Numbered from the stretch's first letter, positions 1 through 12,301 are shown. The stretch is DNA of 64,000 nucleotides from Bacteroidota bacterium (GCA_022709385.1 JAKLIX010000020.1:12578-76577), one strand, 5' to 3'. Translations and numbers: made by a program. Notes: a model not told the origin generated them from the sequence alone.

Positions 1-1
1 C

Positions 2-265
2 ACCACCCCGAAAAAGCCCAACTCGGCCATGCGTAAGGTGGCCAGGGTCAGGCTGACCAACCAGAAGGAAGTGAACGCTTACATTCCCGGCGAAGGCCAT
101 AACCTGCAGGAACACTCCATCGTTATGATCAGGGGAGGCAGGGTGAAGGATCTGCCGGGTGTAAGGTATCACATCATCCGCGGTGCCCTTGATACTTCCG
201 GTGTGGAAGGCAGGAACCAGCGCAGGTCGAAGTACGGAACCAAGCGGCCCAAAGCCAAAAAGTAA
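2..265 (+). CDS. rpsL: 30S ribosomal protein S12, 5'-truncated by the window edge
   Basis: The frame of ORF 29..265 stays open back to base 2 ([20 protein letters not shown]...). This is the canonical S12 C-terminal part, and rpsG and fusA follow. Confidence 0.95.
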   Translation, partial: TTPKKPNSAMRKVARVRLTNQKEVNAYIPGEGHNLQEHSIVMIRGGRVKDLPGVRYHIIRGALDTSGVEGRNQRRSKYGTKRPKAKK

Positions 266-293
266 TCATTGATCCAGCAATATCCCAGATATC

Positions 294-761
294 ATGAGGA
301 AGTCAAAACCAAAAAAGAGAATTACCTATCCTGATCCGAGGTTCAACGATGTTTTGGTTACAAAATTCATCAACAACCTGATGCTTCAGGGGAAGAAAAA
401 CCTGGCAGCCAAAGTGTTTTACGATGCCATCGACATTGTGTCCGACAAAACCAAGGAGGACGGTCTTGAGGTGTGGAAGAAAGCACTTGCCAATGTTACT
501 CCCTCGGTAGAAGTCAGGAGCCGCAGGATTGGCGGTGCCACCTTCCAGATTCCTTCAGAGATCCGGCCCAACCGTAAGATGTCCATCGGGATGAAGGCAC
601 TGATCAACTTCTCGAGGAAACGCCATGAAAAATCCATGGCCATGAAGCTGGCCTCCGAGATCATGGCAGCCTATAAAGAGGAAGGCGCCGCATACAAAAG
701 AAAAGAAGACACCCACAGAATGGCTGAAGCCAATAAGGCATTCAGCCATTTCAGGTTTTAA
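294..761 (+). CDS. rpsG: 30S ribosomal protein S7
   Basis: 155-aa ORF with S7-like sequence ([12 protein letters not shown]..., [16 protein letters not shown]). It sits between rpsL and fusA. Confidence 0.97.
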   Translation: MRKSKPKKRITYPDPRFNDVLVTKFINNLMLQGKKNLAAKVFYDAIDIVSDKTKEDGLEVWKKALANVTPSVEVRSRRIGGATFQIPSEIRPNRKMSIGMKALINFSRKRHEKSMAMKLASEIMAAYKEEGAAYKRKEDTHRMAEANKAFSHFRF

Positions 762-799
762 ACATACCATTAATATATAATAAGCACGATACAGTTTTT

Positions 800-2905
800 A
801 TGTCCGTCCGCCTGCAACATACACGCAACATAGGCATCATGGCCCACATCGACGCGGGAAAGACCACCACGACGGAGCGGATACTGTATTATACCGGCAT
901 TAACTACAAGCTGGGTGAGGTTCACGACGGAACAGCCACCATGGACTACATGGTACAGGAGCAGGAGCGGGGCATCACCATCACTTCGGCGGCTACCACC
1001 GTTTACTGGAAGTACCGGAACGAAGATTACAAGATCAACATCATCGACACTCCGGGTCATGTGGATTTCACGGTTGAAGTGGAGCGCTCCCTGCGGGTGC
1101 TCGACGGTGCCGTGGCGCTTTTCTGTGCCGTTGGCGGCGTGGAACCCCAGAGTGAAACCGTCTGGAAACAGGCCGATAAGTATAAAGTCCCCAGGATCAG
1201 CTATATCAATAAGCTTGACCGGGCAGGAGCCGATTATTTCCGGGTGATCGAACAGATACGTGAGAAACTGGGCGCCAATCCCATTCCTTTGCAGATTCCC
1301 ATCGGGGAGGAAGAAGGTTTCAGGGGCGTGATCGACCTGGTGCTGAACAAGGCCCTGATCTGGGATGATGAAGGCCTCGGTGCCACATTCCAGGTGGTGG
1401 ACATCCCCGAAGAACTTCGTGAAACCGCTTCGGAATACAGGCTCAGGCTGCTGGAGGGAGCCGCGGAAGAAAGCGAGGAGATGCTTGAGAAGTACTCCAG
1501 CAATCCCGACCTGATCACTGCGCAGGATCTGCAGCATATCATTCGCAAGGCCACCCTCGAACACAGGATCACTCCAGTAATTTGCGGCGCCTCCTTCAAA
1601 AACAAAGGCGTTCAGCCCCTGCTGGATGCCATCGTGGCTTACCTGCCCTGTCCGCTCGATATCCCGGCCGTGAGCGGCATCAATCCTTTCACTTCTAAAG
1701 AAGAAAACAGGGAGGCCTCCACAACGGCAAGTTTCTCAGCCCTCGCCTTCAAGATCACCACCGACTCCTATGTCGGCCGCATCGCCTTCTTCAGGGTATA
1801 TTCCGGAGTGCTTAAATCCGGAGAACTGGTGCTGAACACCAATACCGGCAAGAAAGAAAGAATCAACCGTTTGTTCCAGGTACATGCCAACAAGCATACA
1901 TCCATCGACGAGATCCGGGCCGGGGATATCGGAGCTGCCGTCGGCTTTAAAGAAATCCGCACCGGCGATACCCTCTGTGATGAAAAACATCCCATTCAGC
2001 TCGAAAATATCGTGTTTCCGGTACCTGTGATCTTCATGGCCATTGAGCCGAAAACCCAGGACGATGTGGACCGGTTGACGCTCAGTCTCCGGAAACTGAC
2101 CGAGGAAGATCCCACCTTTACGGTAAGACTTGATGAAGAAACCGGTCAGACGCTGATCAGCGGCATGGGGGAACTGCATCTGGAAGTGTTGGTCGACAGG
2201 CTGAAAAGGGAGTTTAAGGTGGAATGCAATACCGGAACTCCCCAGGTTGCCTATAAGGAAGCGATTACTGCAAAGTCGCAGTACCGTGAAGTTTATAAAA
2301 AGCAGACCGGTGGTCGCGGACGTTTTGCCGACCTGTTGATCGAGGTGTCGCCTGCCGATCCCGGTGTACACGGTCTTCAGTTTATCAATGAGATCACCGG
2401 CGGCAATATCCCCAAAGAATATATTCCGGGCATACAGAAAGGCCTGACGGCCGCCATGATGAACGGCGTACTGGCAGGCTTTGCCATCGACGGTGTGAAG
2501 GTCAGATTGCTCGACGGTTCATTCCACCAGGTAGATTCCGACAGCCTTGCATTCGAAATTGCCGCCAGGCTTGCTTTCCGTTCAGCCTGCAAAAGTGCCG
2601 GGCCTGTTTTGCTCGAGCCGGTGATGCGCCTCGATGTGGCTACCCCGGAGCAATACCTGGGCGATATCACGGGTGACCTGAACCGCAGGAGAGCGGTGTT
2701 ACAGGCAATCAACCCCGGCATAGGATATCAGACCATTACGGCAAGGGTTCCCCTTTCCGAGATGTTCGGCTATGTGACCACCCTGAGAAGCATCAGTTCG
2801 GGCAGGGCCACTTCAAGTATGGAGTTCTCTCATTATGAGCAGGTTCCATTTGAAATGAGTGAAGAAATCATCTATAAGATTAAAGGATACGTTGAAAAAT
2901 ATTAA
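800..2905 (+). CDS. fusA: Elongation factor G
   Basis: 701-aa ORF with GTPase motifs [14 protein letters not shown] and NKLD. The C-terminus and the str-operon position are typical of EF-G. Confidence 0.97.
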   Translation: MSVRLQHTRNIGIMAHIDAGKTTTTERILYYTGINYKLGEVHDGTATMDYMVQEQERGITITSAATTVYWKYRNEDYKINIIDTPGHVDFTVEVERSLRVLDGAVALFCAVGGVEPQSETVWKQADKYKVPRISYINKLDRAGADYFRVIEQIREKLGANPIPLQIPIGEEEGFRGVIDLVLNKALIWDDEGLGATFQVVDIPEELRETASEYRLRLLEGAAEESEEMLEKYSSNPDLITAQDLQHIIRKATLEHRITPVICGASFKNKGVQPLLDAIVAYLPCPLDIPAVSGINPFTSKEENREASTTASFSALAFKITTDSYVGRIAFFRVYSGVLKSGELVLNTNTGKKERINRLFQVHANKHTSIDEIRAGDIGAAVGFKEIRTGDTLCDEKHPIQLENIVFPVPVIFMAIEPKTQDDVDRLTLSLRKLTEEDPTFTVRLDEETGQTLISGMGELHLEVLVDRLKREFKVECNTGTPQVAYKEAITAKSQYREVYKKQTGGRGRFADLLIEVSPADPGVHGLQFINEITGGNIPKEYIPGIQKGLTAAMMNGVLAGFAIDGVKVRLLDGSFHQVDSDSLAFEIAARLAFRSACKSAGPVLLEPVMRLDVATPEQYLGDITGDLNRRRAVLQAINPGIGYQTITARVPLSEMFGYVTTLRSISSGRATSSMEFSHYEQVPFEMSEEIIYKIKGYVEKY

Positions 2906-2929
2906 TTGTTCATTAATTCAGTAAAGAAG

Positions 2930-3235
2930 GTGAATCAGAGGATCAGAATAAAGCTAAAATCTTACGATTTCAACCTGGTTGACAAGTCAGCCGAGAAAAT
3001 CGTGAAGACCGTGAAATCGACCGGGGCGGTGGTCAGCGGGCCCATTCCCCTGCCTACCGACAAGAAGATCTTTACCGTCAACCGTTCCACGTTTGTGAAC
3101 AAGAAGTCGCGGGAACAATTCCAGCTATGTACATACAAGCGCCTGCTGGATATTTACAGTTCGACTTCCAAGACCATCGACGCCCTGATGAAGCTGGAGC
3201 TGCCCAGTGGTGTTGAGGTTGAGATCAAAGTGTAA
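2930..3235 (+). CDS. rpsJ: 30S ribosomal protein S10
   Basis: The ORF track starts at TTG 2906. The GTG at 2930 gives (M)[12 protein letters not shown]..., which matches the usual S10 N-terminus and about 101-aa length. The exact start is uncertain. Confidence 0.9.
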   Translation: MNQRIRIKLKSYDFNLVDKSAEKIVKTVKSTGAVVSGPIPLPTDKKIFTVNRSTFVNKKSREQFQLCTYKRLLDIYSSTSKTIDALMKLELPSGVEVEIKV

Positions 3236-3279
3236 TGGTCAGGCGTCTGATTGTCATAAAACATTAAAAACGAATAACA

Positions 3280-3909
3280 ATGTCAGGTCTTATAGGAAAG
3301 AAAATCGGAATGACCAGCGTCTTTGATGAATCGGGAAAAAACATCCCGGTGACCATCATAGAAGCGGGTCCCTGTGTGGTTACACAGATCCGGACCAAGG
3401 ATAGGGATGGGTATGAAGCTATCCAGCTAGCCTTCGATGATAAGCGTGAGAAACATACTACCAGGGCGCTCCAGGGCCATTTTGCCAGGGCAAAGACCAC
3501 ACCGAAGAAAGTATTGGCGGAATTCACGCGTTTCGAGGCGGGCCATCAGAAGGAATACGGTGATATACTCACCGTGGATGTATTTATTGAAGGGGAATAT
3601 ATTGACGTGGTTGGAACATCCAAGGGCAAAGGATTCCAGGGTGTTGTACGCAGGCACCATTTCCGTGGTGTAGGGGAATCCACCCACGGGCAGCATAACA
3701 GGCTCAGGGCACCCGGATCGGTGGGCGCTTCGTCTTTTCCTTCGCGTGTTTTCCCCGGCATCCGCATGGCCGGCCGTATGGGAAATGCGCGCGTGAAGGT
3801 TATCAATCTTCAGATTATCAAACTGATACCCGAAAAGAACATTGTACTTGTGAAGGGCGCTGTTCCCGGAGCCAATGGATCATATTTAATTCTTGAAAGA
3901 TGGAGTTAG
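3280..3909 (+). CDS. rplC: 50S ribosomal protein L3
   Basis: 209-aa ORF with an L3-like sequence ([10 protein letters not shown]..., [12 protein letters not shown]) in S10-operon order. Confidence 0.97.
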   Translation: MSGLIGKKIGMTSVFDESGKNIPVTIIEAGPCVVTQIRTKDRDGYEAIQLAFDDKREKHTTRALQGHFARAKTTPKKVLAEFTRFEAGHQKEYGDILTVDVFIEGEYIDVVGTSKGKGFQGVVRRHHFRGVGESTHGQHNRLRAPGSVGASSFPSRVFPGIRMAGRMGNARVKVINLQIIKLIPEKNIVLVKGAVPGANGSYLILERWS

Positions 3910-4526
3910 AAGTTTATAACATCAAAGGAGAGAAGACTGCAAGGACCGTTGTCCTGGATGATGCAGTGTTCAATATCGAGCCCAACGATCATGCGATATA
4001 CCTCGACACCAAGCAGTTTCTTGCCAATAAAAGGCAGGGTACGCATAAGTCGAAGGAGAAATGGGAGGTGAATGCTTCGACCAAGAAGCTGAAAAGGCAG
4101 AAAGGTACCGGGGGAGCCCGTGCCGGAAGTGCCAAGAGCCCCTTGTTTGTCGGCGGAGGCCGGGTCTTTGGTCCGCAGCCCAGAATTTACAATTTCAAGC
4201 TTAACCTCAAGCTGAAGAAACTGGCACGCAGATCGGCACTTACATACAAAGCCAGGGAAAACCAGATCATGGTAGTGGAGGATTTCAGCATGGATACACC
4301 AAAGACCAGAAGTTTCACTGAAATTCTGAAGAACCTGCAGATCGGAGACAAGAAAACCCTGCTGGTTACCGTACAACCCGGTGAAAACCTGTTATTGTCG
4401 GTACGTAACCTGAAGCGCGCCAGGGTTTCAAGGGCTACGGACCTGAATACTTATGAGATCCTGCATGCCAACCATTTGTTGCTGCTGGAGAGTTCGGTGA
4501 AAGAGCTTGAAAAACTCTGTCAGTAA
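3900..4526 (+). CDS. rplD: 50S ribosomal protein L4
   Basis: 208-aa ORF with an L4-like sequence ([10 protein letters not shown]...). It overlaps the rplC stop by 10 nt. Confidence 0.96.
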   Translation: MELEVYNIKGEKTARTVVLDDAVFNIEPNDHAIYLDTKQFLANKRQGTHKSKEKWEVNASTKKLKRQKGTGGARAGSAKSPLFVGGGRVFGPQPRIYNFKLNLKLKKLARRSALTYKARENQIMVVEDFSMDTPKTRSFTEILKNLQIGDKKTLLVTVQPGENLLLSVRNLKRARVSRATDLNTYEILHANHLLLLESSVKELEKLCQ

Positions 4527-4556
4527 TCATTACAATCATTATAAAAATCAAGCACC

Positions 4557-4847
4557 ATGAGTGTCATCCTGAAACCCATCATAACGGAAAAAATGACCCA
4601 GCAGGGAGAGAAGCTCAACCGTTACGGATTTGTGGTCAGTCGCAAGGCTAACAAGCTGCAGATCAAAAAGGAAGTGGAAGCTTTGTATGGGGTGGAAGTG
4701 AAAGATGTCAACACCATGAATTACGCCGGTAAAAGGAAAAGCCGTTACACCCGCACGGGTCTGGTAAGCGGCAGGACAACCGCCCGTAAGAAGGCCGTGG
4801 TAACTCTTGCAGAAGGTCAAACCATTGATTTCTATAGCAATATTTAA
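4557..4847 (+). CDS. rplW: 50S ribosomal protein L23
   Basis: 96-aa ORF with an L23-like sequence, in operon order. Confidence 0.95.
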   Translation: MSVILKPIITEKMTQQGEKLNRYGFVVSRKANKLQIKKEVEALYGVEVKDVNTMNYAGKRKSRYTRTGLVSGRTTARKKAVVTLAEGQTIDFYSNI

Positions 4848-4851
4848 GTAA

Positions 4852-5676
4852 ATGGCTTTAAAGAAATTCAAACCGACAACGTCAGGACAGCGCTTCAAAA
4901 TGATCAGCGCTTTCGACGATATTACTACCTCAACTCCCGAGAAGAGTCTGCTTGCTCCCAAAAAGAAGAGCGGTGGTAGAAACAATGAAGGCAAAATGAC
5001 CATGCGTTACATGGGAGGTGGTCATAAACAGATGTACCGTCTGATTGATTTCAAGCGCGACAAGGAAGGAATTCCGGCCGTGGTAAAATCGATAGAGTAC
5101 GATCCGAACCGTACGGCACGCATTGCCTTGCTTGCATACAGGGACGGTGAGAAAAGGTACATTATCGCTCCCCATGGCTTGCAGGTCGGGCAGGAATTAC
5201 AGTCGGGCCGCGGCATTGCGCCCGAAGTTGGAAATACCTTGTACCTGAGTGAAATCCCTTTGGGTACCATTATTCACAATATTGAGCTGCAACCGGGGCA
5301 GGGAGCCAAGATGGCCCGCAGTGCCGGATCGTATGCCCAGCTGATGTCGAGAGACGGGAAGTTCGCGGTGATCAAGTTGCCGAGCGGAGAAACCAGGATG
5401 ATCCTTCAGACCTGCAAAGCTACCGTTGGCATGGTTTCCAATCCCGACCACAACCTGGAATCGAGCGGGAAGGCAGGCAGAAGCCGTTGGCTGGGACGCC
5501 GTCCCAGAACCAGGGGTGTGGCCATGAACCCTGTGGATCATCCCATGGGAGGTGGAGAAGGAAGGGCGTCGGGCGGTCATCCGCGTACGCGTAAGGGTAT
5601 GCCTGCCAAGGGTTATAAGACCAGGAGCAAGACCAAGTCATCCAATAAGTTCATCCTCGAAAGAAGAAAGAAATAG
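4852..5676 (+). CDS. rplB: 50S ribosomal protein L2
   Basis: 274-aa ORF with the L2 motifs GGGHKQ and [15 protein letters not shown]. Confidence 0.97.
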   Translation: MALKKFKPTTSGQRFKMISAFDDITTSTPEKSLLAPKKKSGGRNNEGKMTMRYMGGGHKQMYRLIDFKRDKEGIPAVVKSIEYDPNRTARIALLAYRDGEKRYIIAPHGLQVGQELQSGRGIAPEVGNTLYLSEIPLGTIIHNIELQPGQGAKMARSAGSYAQLMSRDGKFAVIKLPSGETRMILQTCKATVGMVSNPDHNLESSGKAGRSRWLGRRPRTRGVAMNPVDHPMGGGEGRASGGHPRTRKGMPAKGYKTRSKTKSSNKFILERRKK

Positions 5677-5692
5677 TTAAAACCACAAGCGC

Positions 5693-5971
5693 ATGAGCCG
5701 TTCACTCAAAAAAGGACCGTATATCGACCTTAAACTGGAAAAAAAGGTATTGGAAGCGATTGAAACCAAAAAAAAGACGGTGATCAAGACCTGGTCAAGG
5801 GCATCGATGATACCACCGGATTTTGTGGGACAAACCATCGCAGTACACAACGGGAATAAATTCATTCCGGTTTACATCACTGAAAACATGGTTGGTCACA
5901 AGCTCGGGGAGTTTGCACCCACACGGACGTTCAGGGGCCATTCCGGAAGCAAAAAAGAAGGTAAGAAATAA
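5693..5971 (+). CDS. rpsS: 30S ribosomal protein S19
   Basis: 92-aa ORF; [12 protein letters not shown]... is the canonical S19 start. Confidence 0.97.
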   Translation: MSRSLKKGPYIDLKLEKKVLEAIETKKKTVIKTWSRASMIPPDFVGQTIAVHNGNKFIPVYITENMVGHKLGEFAPTRTFRGHSGSKKEGKK

Positions 5972-5986
5972 TTAATACACTGACCG

Positions 5987-6409
5987 ATGGGATCCAGAAA
6001 GCAAACCACAGCGCAGGCAATGAAGGATGCAAGGAAGAACCTCTACTTTGCAAGGCTGAATGATTGCCCCACCTCACCCATGAAGATGAGACTCGTTGCA
6101 GACCTGATCCGGGGAATGGATGTGGAAAAGGCGCTCAATGTATTGAAGTTTAGTAAGAAAGAAGCTGCAGGACGCTTGCAGAAACTGCTGTTATCGGCCA
6201 TTGCCAACTGGCAGGCCAAGAATGAAGGCACAAGAATGGAGGACAGTCACTTGTATATCAGCGAGATAGCAGTTGACGGTGGCCGCGCTCTGAAAAGGGT
6301 ACGCCCGGCTCCCCAGGGAAGGGCATACCGGATAAAGAAACGGTCGAACCATGTCTTTCTGAGCATCGACAGCCGCGAGATGAAGCCTGAAACTGCAGAG
6401 GTACAGTAA
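5987..6409 (+). CDS. rplV: 50S ribosomal protein L22
   Basis: 140-aa ORF with an L22-like sequence, in operon order. Confidence 0.95.
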   Translation: MGSRKQTTAQAMKDARKNLYFARLNDCPTSPMKMRLVADLIRGMDVEKALNVLKFSKKEAAGRLQKLLLSAIANWQAKNEGTRMEDSHLYISEIAVDGGRALKRVRPAPQGRAYRIKKRSNHVFLSIDSREMKPETAEVQ

Positions 6410-6451
6410 ATAATCAACGGGATAAACATTTAACCAACAATAGGACACTGA

Positions 6452-7174
6452 ATGGGACAAAAAACAAATCCTATAGGTAATCGCCTGGGAATCATAAAAG
6501 GATGGGATTCCAACTGGTTTGGCGGAAGGCGTTTTGAATCCAAGCTTGTGGAGGACGAAAAAATCCGCAAATACCTGAATGCCCGTTTGTCGAAGGCCGG
6601 GATCAGCAGGATCATCATTGAGAGAACGCTGAAGCTGGTAACGGTGACCATTCACACGGCGAGGCCGGGGATCATCATCGGCAAGGGCGGTGCGGAGGTC
6701 GACAAGCTGAAGGAAGAATTAAAGAAGGTGACCCGCAAGGAGATCCAGATCAATATTTCCGAGATCAAGCGGCCTGAACTGGACGCGGTGATTGTTGCCA
6801 ATACCGTTGCCCGACAGATTGAGGGCAGGATTTCCTACCGCCGTGCCATCAAGACTTCCATTGCATCAGCCATGCGAATGCTTGCCGAAGGCATCAAGGT
6901 ACAGATATCCGGCAGGCTTGGAGGGGCTGAAATGGCCAGGAACGAGACTTATAAGGAAGGCCGTATTCCTTTGCATACCCTGCGTGCCGACATCGATTAT
7001 GCCTTGGCCGAAGCGCATACGAGTTACGGCAGGATAGGGGTGAAGGTTTGGATCTGCAAGGGCGAAGTTTACGGTAAGCGTGACCTGACGCCTGCCACCG
7101 GGCCTGCCAAAGACAAGGTGAATGCTCCGAGAACACGCACAAGGAATATCGGGAAAGGCCGTCCCAGACCATAA
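6452..7174 (+). CDS. rpsC: 30S ribosomal protein S3
   Basis: 240-aa ORF starting [13 protein letters not shown], with a KH domain and a basic C-terminal tail. Confidence 0.97.
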   Translation: MGQKTNPIGNRLGIIKGWDSNWFGGRRFESKLVEDEKIRKYLNARLSKAGISRIIIERTLKLVTVTIHTARPGIIIGKGGAEVDKLKEELKKVTRKEIQINISEIKRPELDAVIVANTVARQIEGRISYRRAIKTSIASAMRMLAEGIKVQISGRLGGAEMARNETYKEGRIPLHTLRADIDYALAEAHTSYGRIGVKVWICKGEVYGKRDLTPATGPAKDKVNAPRTRTRNIGKGRPRP

Positions 7175-7219
7175 TCCATTCATATTAAGATAATAACACG
7201 AAAATAAACTCTTCTAACC

Positions 7220-7648
7220 ATGTTACAGCCAAAGAAGACCAAACACAGGAAGCAGCAGAAAGGCAAGATGAAGGGCAATGCCCAGCGCGGGCACCAGCTG
7301 GCCTTTGGTTCCTTCGGGATCAAAACCCTTGAGGAGGCCTGGCTTACAGGCCGTCAGATAGAAGCTGCCCGTCAGGCTGTCACCCGTCATATGAAACGTG
7401 AGGGACAGATCTGGATCAGGGTGTTTCCCGACAAGCCTATCACCAAGAAACCTGCGGAAGTGCGTATGGGTAAAGGGAAAGGAGCTCCGGAAATGTTTGT
7501 TGCACCGGTAACTCCCGGGCGCATCCTGTTTGAAGTGGAGGGAGTTTCCCTGCCGATAGCCACCGAAGCCCTTCGCCTGGCAGCACAGAAACTACCGGTG
7601 AAATGCAAATTCATCGTCAGAAGAGATTATGGATCGGAAACAAACTGA
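7220..7648 (+). CDS. rplP: 50S ribosomal protein L16
   Basis: 142-aa ORF; [15 protein letters not shown]... is the canonical L16 start. Confidence 0.97.
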   Translation: MLQPKKTKHRKQQKGKMKGNAQRGHQLAFGSFGIKTLEEAWLTGRQIEAARQAVTRHMKREGQIWIRVFPDKPITKKPAEVRMGKGKGAPEMFVAPVTPGRILFEVEGVSLPIATEALRLAAQKLPVKCKFIVRRDYGSETN

Positions 7649-7654
7649 TAAGCA

Positions 7655-7867
7655 ATGAAAGCAGAAGTGATCAGGGAACTCACTACGGGTGAGATCAAAG
7701 AAAGACTGGAGGAAGAAAAGAAGCACCTGGTAAAGCTGAAAATGAACCATGCGGTGTCGCCTCTGGAAAATCCGAATAAGATCAAAGCATACAGGAAAAC
7801 CATTGCCAGGCTGATCACCGAGCTTCGCAGAAGAGAACTCGGCCTGCAGCAGGGTATTAAACAATAA
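7655..7867 (+). CDS. rpmC: 50S ribosomal protein L29
   Basis: 70-aa ORF with an L29-like helical sequence, in operon order. Confidence 0.93.
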   Translation: MKAEVIRELTTGEIKERLEEEKKHLVKLKMNHAVSPLENPNKIKAYRKTIARLITELRRRELGLQQGIKQ

Positions 7868-7878
7868 TTGTTCTTGAA

Positions 7879-8139
7879 ATGGAAACAACAAGGAAGTTCA
7901 GGAAAGAAAAAATTGGGGTGGTAGTCAGCAACAAGATGAATAAATCCATCGTGGTGCTGGTTGAAAGGAAAGTGATGCACGCCAAATACGGAAAGTTTGT
8001 GAAGAAAACTTCACGCTTTCTCGCACATGATGAGAAGGATGAATCCAATGTGGGCGATACCGTCCGGATCATGGAAACAAGGCCGATCAGCAAGGACAAA
8101 TGTTGGAGACTGGTTGAAATCGTAGAAAGGGCTAAGTAA
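7879..8139 (+). CDS. rpsQ: 30S ribosomal protein S17
   Basis: 86-aa ORF with an S17-like sequence ([14 protein letters not shown]...). Confidence 0.95.
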   Translation: METTRKFRKEKIGVVVSNKMNKSIVVLVERKVMHAKYGKFVKKTSRFLAHDEKDESNVGDTVRIMETRPISKDKCWRLVEIVERAK

Positions 8140-8140
8140 T

Positions 8141-8509
8141 ATGATACAGCAGGAAAGCAGATTAAACGTAGCCGATAACAGCGGTGCCAAGGAGGCACTC
8201 TGTATCAGGGTTCTCGGGGGGACGCGTAAGCGTTACGCCGGTGTTGGAGACAAGATCATTGTTTCCATCAAGCATGCCCTTCCGGGCGGGAATGTTAAGA
8301 AAGGCGCCGTCGTAAAGGCGGTTATTGTCCGGACTAAAAAGGAGATCCGCCGCAGCGACGGTTCGTATATCCGTTTCGACGACAATGCCTGTGTGTTGCT
8401 CACCGCTTCGGAAGAACTCAGCGGTACCCGTATTTTCGGGCCTGTGGCCAGGGAATTGAGGGATAAGAAGTTCATGAAAATCGTTTCACTTGCACCCGAG
8501 GTGCTGTAA
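8141..8509 (+). CDS. rplN: 50S ribosomal protein L14
   Basis: 122-aa ORF; [17 protein letters not shown] is the canonical L14 start. Confidence 0.97.
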   Translation: MIQQESRLNVADNSGAKEALCIRVLGGTRKRYAGVGDKIIVSIKHALPGGNVKKGAVVKAVIVRTKKEIRRSDGSYIRFDDNACVLLTASEELSGTRIFGPVARELRDKKFMKIVSLAPEVL

Positions 8510-8521
8510 AGAAGGATCGCC

Positions 8522-8845
8522 ATGCCTAAGAAACTGCATATCAAAAAAGGAGATACGGTGAAGGTCATCGCTGGTGACTATAAGGGCGAGCAGGGAAAAG
8601 TGCTCGACATGTACACCGACAAGCAGACCGCCATCGTCGAAGGGGTCAATATGGTTACCAAGCACACCAAGCCCAATGCCAAGAGCCCCCAGGGCGGCAT
8701 CGCCAAAAAGGAAGCCCCCGTTCACATTTCCAACCTGATGGTGGTTGATAACAGCGGCAAACCAACCCGAAGCGGCCGCCGCATCGATCCCAAAAGCAAT
8801 AAACTCGTCCGTTATTCCAAAAAAACCGGGGAGGTGATAAAGTAA
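8522..8845 (+). CDS. rplX: 50S ribosomal protein L24
   Basis: 107-aa ORF with a KOW motif ([14 protein letters not shown]). Confidence 0.95.
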   Translation: MPKKLHIKKGDTVKVIAGDYKGEQGKVLDMYTDKQTAIVEGVNMVTKHTKPNAKSPQGGIAKKEAPVHISNLMVVDNSGKPTRSGRRIDPKSNKLVRYSKKTGEVIK

Positions 8846-9393
8846 TGAAGTACGTACCCAGATTAAAAGAAAAGTACGATAAGGAAATCGTACCCGAGCT
8901 GAAGAAACAGTTCAATTATAAAAGTCCGATGCAGGTGCCCAGGTTGACGAAAATCAGTCTGAACCAGGGTGTCGGCGGCGCCATCACTGATAAAAAACTG
9001 ATGGAAAATGCCCTTGCAGAACTCACGATGATTGCCGGACAAAAAGCGGTTACCACCAAGTCGAAAAAAGACATCTCCAACTTCAAACTGCGCCGCGGCA
9101 TGCCGATCGGCGCCCGCGTTACCCTGAGGGGGGAAAAGATGTACGAATTTCTCGACAGGCTGATATCCGTTGCCATACCGCGTATCCGTGACTTCAGGGG
9201 TATCAACGACAAGGGATTCGACGGCCGGGGTAATTATACCCTGGGAATCTCAGAACAGATCATCTTCCCCGAAATCAACATCGACAAGGTGGGAAAGATC
9301 AACGGTCTCGATATCACCCTTGTCACCAGTGCCCCGAACGATCAGGAAGCATTGGCACTGCTGAAAGAATTCGGATTACCCTTTAAAAAATAA
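8845..9393 (+). CDS. rplE: 50S ribosomal protein L5
   Basis: 182-aa ORF with an L5-like sequence ([14 protein letters not shown]...). Confidence 0.96.
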   Translation: MKYVPRLKEKYDKEIVPELKKQFNYKSPMQVPRLTKISLNQGVGGAITDKKLMENALAELTMIAGQKAVTTKSKKDISNFKLRRGMPIGARVTLRGEKMYEFLDRLISVAIPRIRDFRGINDKGFDGRGNYTLGISEQIIFPEINIDKVGKINGLDITLVTSAPNDQEALALLKEFGLPFKK

Positions 9394-9397
9394 CATC

Positions 9398-9667
9398 ATG
9401 GCCAAGGAATCCATCAAAGCCAGAGAATTAAAACGACAGAAACTTGTCGCCAAATATGCTGCGAAAAGAGCCGCATTAAAAGATGCCGGCGATTATACCG
9501 CGCTGCAGAAACTGCCGAGGAATGCTTCACCGGTGCGTTTGCACAACCGCTGCAACCTCGACGGAAGGCCCAAAGGCTATATGAGGCAGTTCGGCATCTC
9601 ACGCATCAACTTCCGTTTCATGGCCCTGAACGGCCTGATTCCGGGAATTAAAAAAGCCAGTTGGTAA
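9398..9667 (+). CDS. rpsN: 30S ribosomal protein S14 (long form without a zinc ribbon)
   Basis: 89-aa ORF with an S14-like sequence ending ...IPGIKKASW. It has no CxxC pairs. Confidence 0.95.
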   Translation: MAKESIKARELKRQKLVAKYAAKRAALKDAGDYTALQKLPRNASPVRLHNRCNLDGRPKGYMRQFGISRINFRFMALNGLIPGIKKASW

Positions 9668-9701
9668 ACCCATTTATTAATAAGATAACAGAATATTTTC
9701 C

Positions 9702-10100
9702 ATGGTAACAGATCCTATTGCAGATTACTTGACCCGTATCAGGAATGCTGTCATGGCTAACCACCGGATAGTCGAAATCCCTTCTTCGAACATGAAAAAG
9801 GAAATTACCCGCATTCTCTTTAACCAGGGCTATATCCTGAATTTTAAATTCGAGGATGAGGTATTCCCTCCCATGATCAAGATCGCCTTGAAGTATCACC
9901 CGGTCACAAGGATGCCTGCCATTACCAACCTTACCAGGATTTCCAAGCCAGGCCTGCGTAAGTATGTCAGTGTGGACAACCTCCCGCGCGTGCTCAACGG
10001 GCTTGGTGTCGCCATTTTGAGTACTTCCCAGGGTGTGATGACAGAAAAAGAGGCCCGCTCGAAAAATATCGGTGGCGAAGTATTGTGTTACATCAGCTAA
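9702..10100 (+). CDS. rpsH: 30S ribosomal protein S8
   Basis: 132-aa ORF; [14 protein letters not shown] is the canonical S8 start. Confidence 0.97.
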   Translation: MVTDPIADYLTRIRNAVMANHRIVEIPSSNMKKEITRILFNQGYILNFKFEDEVFPPMIKIALKYHPVTRMPAITNLTRISKPGLRKYVSVDNLPRVLNGLGVAILSTSQGVMTEKEARSKNIGGEVLCYIS

Positions 10101-10109
10101 TCAGAAGTT

Positions 10110-10667
10110 ATGTCACGTATAGGAAAACTGCCCATCCCTCTGCCTTCAGGAGTACAGGTGACTGTATCAGAGGAAAACCTTGTCACCGTTAAGGGCAAAC
10201 TGGGCGAACTGTCCCAGGCCATTGATCCTGCCATCCGTGTGAAAGTTGAGGACGGAAACCTGGTATTGACCAGGAATACCGATGAGAAACAGGAACGTTC
10301 CAGGCACGGACTCTACCGTTCGCTGCTGGCCAATATGGTCAGGGGAGTGTCGGAAGGTTTCACTATTACCCAGGAACTCGTCGGCGTGGGTTATAAGGCT
10401 GTTGCCACAGGCCAGCTGATCGATCTTTCGCTGGGCTATTCGCACCATATCGTGATTGAACTTGCCCCGGAAATCAAGGTTGAAACAACCGCCGAAAAAG
10501 GTAAAAATCCCACGATCATCCTGAAAGGGATAGACCGTCAGCTGCTTGGACAGGTAGCCGCCAAGATCCGCTCCCTCAGGCCTCCCGAACCCTACAAAGG
10601 AAAAGGAATACGGTTCATGGGCGAGATTGTACGCAAGAAAGCAGGAAAGTCTGCATCCGATAAATAA
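10110..10667 (+). CDS. rplF: 50S ribosomal protein L6
   Basis: 185-aa ORF; MSRIGKLPIPLPSGV is the canonical L6 start. Confidence 0.97.
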   Translation: MSRIGKLPIPLPSGVQVTVSEENLVTVKGKLGELSQAIDPAIRVKVEDGNLVLTRNTDEKQERSRHGLYRSLLANMVRGVSEGFTITQELVGVGYKAVATGQLIDLSLGYSHHIVIELAPEIKVETTAEKGKNPTIILKGIDRQLLGQVAAKIRSLRPPEPYKGKGIRFMGEIVRKKAGKSASDK

Positions 10668-10690
10668 TAGATTAACGCTTAATCATTGAT

Positions 10691-11056
10691 ATGATGGCAA
10701 TTAAGAGTGTAAAGGAATACAGAAGGCAACGGATAAAATTCAGGATCCGTAAGCGCTTGTCGGGAACTGCATCCAAACCCAGGATGACGGTTTTCCGCAG
10801 CAATAAGCAGATCTATGTCCAACTGGTAGACGACCAGGCCGGCAAGACCCTGGCTTCCGCTTCCTCCCGGGTGAAATCCATCCTGGAAAAGCAGACGAAT
10901 AAGTCGGAAAAAGCAAAACTCGTTGGTGAACTGATCGCCGAGCGGGCCCAGGAAGCCGGAATACAGGAAGTGGTGTTCGACCGTAACGGGTATCTGTATC
11001 ACGGCAGGGTGAAATCTCTTGCAGAAGCCGCCCGGGAAAAAGGATTAAAATTTTAA
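10691..11056 (+). CDS. rplR: 50S ribosomal protein L18
   Basis: 121-aa ORF with an L18-like sequence ([16 protein letters not shown]...). The start could be either ATG, 10691 or 10694. Confidence 0.95.
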   Translation: MMAIKSVKEYRRQRIKFRIRKRLSGTASKPRMTVFRSNKQIYVQLVDDQAGKTLASASSRVKSILEKQTNKSEKAKLVGELIAERAQEAGIQEVVFDRNGYLYHGRVKSLAEAAREKGLKF

Positions 11057-11062
11057 GGAATT

Positions 11063-11581
11063 ATGGCCAACGAAAATATCAGAAGAGTAAAATCCAGCGA
11101 GATCGAATTCAAAGACAAGCTGGTCAGTATCCAGAGGGTCACTAAGGTGACCAAGGGAGGCAGAACCTTTAGCTTTTCAGCCATCGTGGTGGTTGGAAAC
11201 GAAAACGGAGTGGTTGGCTTTGGTCTTGGAAAAGCCAAGGAAGTAACCGCCGCCATTGCCAAAGGGATAGACGATGCCAAGAAGAACCTGATCAAGGTGC
11301 CCATCCTTAAAGGAACCATCCCGCACGATCAGCACGGCCGCTACAGCGGAGCCTATGTCTTCCTAAAACCTGCAGCACCCGGAACCGGCGTGATTGCCGG
11401 AGGTGCCATGCGTGCCGTACTTGAAAGCGTCGGGGTAAGAGACGTGCTGGCCAAATCTAAAGGCTCCTCAAACCCCCACAGCGTGGTGAAAGCTACCATC
11501 AACGCCCTGGCCCAGATGAGAGATGCCTATACCGTTGCCCAGGTGAGGGGAATAGAATTAAAGCAAGTATTCAATGGCTAA
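11063..11581 (+). CDS. rpsE: 30S ribosomal protein S5
   Basis: 172-aa ORF with an S5-like sequence ([21 protein letters not shown]). Confidence 0.97.
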   Translation: MANENIRRVKSSEIEFKDKLVSIQRVTKVTKGGRTFSFSAIVVVGNENGVVGFGLGKAKEVTAAIAKGIDDAKKNLIKVPILKGTIPHDQHGRYSGAYVFLKPAAPGTGVIAGGAMRAVLESVGVRDVLAKSKGSSNPHSVVKATINALAQMRDAYTVAQVRGIELKQVFNG

Positions 11582-11596
11582 TGTGTTAATACATTG

Positions 11597-11782
11597 ATGA
11601 TGAAAAAGTTACTTATCAAACAGATAAAGAGCGGGATTGGCCGCCCCCTGCGTCAGAAAAAGACCCTGGAAGCGCTCGGCTTTAAAAAACTCCATCAGTC
11701 GCTTGAGGTAGAGGCTTCTCCCCAGATACTTGGCATGATTGAAAAGGTGAAGCATCTGCTCACCGTGGAGGAAATTGATTAA
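11597..11782 (+). CDS. rpmD: 50S ribosomal protein L30
   Basis: About 61-aa ORF with an L30-like sequence (IKQIKSGIGRPLRQKKTLEALGF). The track starts at TTG 11594; ATGs lie at 11597 and 11600. Confidence 0.92.
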   Translation: MMKKLLIKQIKSGIGRPLRQKKTLEALGFKKLHQSLEVEASPQILGMIEKVKHLLTVEEID

Positions 11783-11805
11783 TAATCAGGAAATTTAATA
11801 CCAAG

Positions 11806-12255
11806 ATGGATTTAAGCAATCTTAAACCTGCAAAAGGATCGGTTAAAAAGAACAAGCGTGTGGGACGCGGACAGGGATCAGGCCGTGGGGGTACTTCCAC
11901 CCGCGGGCATAAAGGTGCCAAATCCCGTTCCGGCCATAAGACCAAGATCGGTTTTGAAGGCGGCCAGATGCCCCTTCAGCGCCGCTTGCCCAAGTTTGGC
12001 TTCAAAAACCTGAACCGCGTAGCCTATAAAGCCATTAACCTCGATGTGCTACAGGCACTTTTCGATAAAAAGGGAATCGATTATTTCGATGCCGAAGTGT
12101 TCATTGAGCAGGGACTGGTGTCGCGCCGCGACCTGGTAAAGATTCTGGGCAGGGGAACACTCACCGCAAAAATCGATGTGAAAGCCCATGCCTTCTCCGA
12201 TACTGCCCGTAAACACATTGAGCAGGCCGGTGGGTTGGCTGCGCTCATCCAGTGA
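11806..12255 (+). CDS. rplO: 50S ribosomal protein L15
   Basis: 149-aa ORF with the glycine- and basic-rich N-terminus typical of L15 (GRGQGSGRGGTSTRGHKG). Confidence 0.96.
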   Translation: MDLSNLKPAKGSVKKNKRVGRGQGSGRGGTSTRGHKGAKSRSGHKTKIGFEGGQMPLQRRLPKFGFKNLNRVAYKAINLDVLQALFDKKGIDYFDAEVFIEQGLVSRRDLVKILGRGTLTAKIDVKAHAFSDTARKHIEQAGGLAALIQ

Positions 12256-12301
12256 TCCGTGGAACAATCATGTGCAAACGCTCATCCAGAATCCTTAAAC
12301 G

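Noticed and set aside
770-1564. Long antisense ORFs overlapping well-supported genes. Examples are 770..1564(-) inside fusA, 13600..14199(-) inside map, 25787..26623(-), 32370..33041(-) inside the UvrA-like gene, 36990..37697(+) and 53131..53871(+) opposite surE.
   Set aside because: Each lies opposite a gene with strong family motifs. Their translations are low-complexity, rich in Arg, Gly, Pro or His, with no recognisable domains. This is typical of shadow ORFs in moderately GC-rich coding DNA.
2906-2929. TTG at 2906 as the rpsJ start, immediately abutting the fusA stop.
   Set aside because: It would add eight residues (MFINSVKK) that are absent from S10 proteins. GTG at 2930 reproduces the conserved (M)[10 protein letters not shown]-terminus and the typical length.
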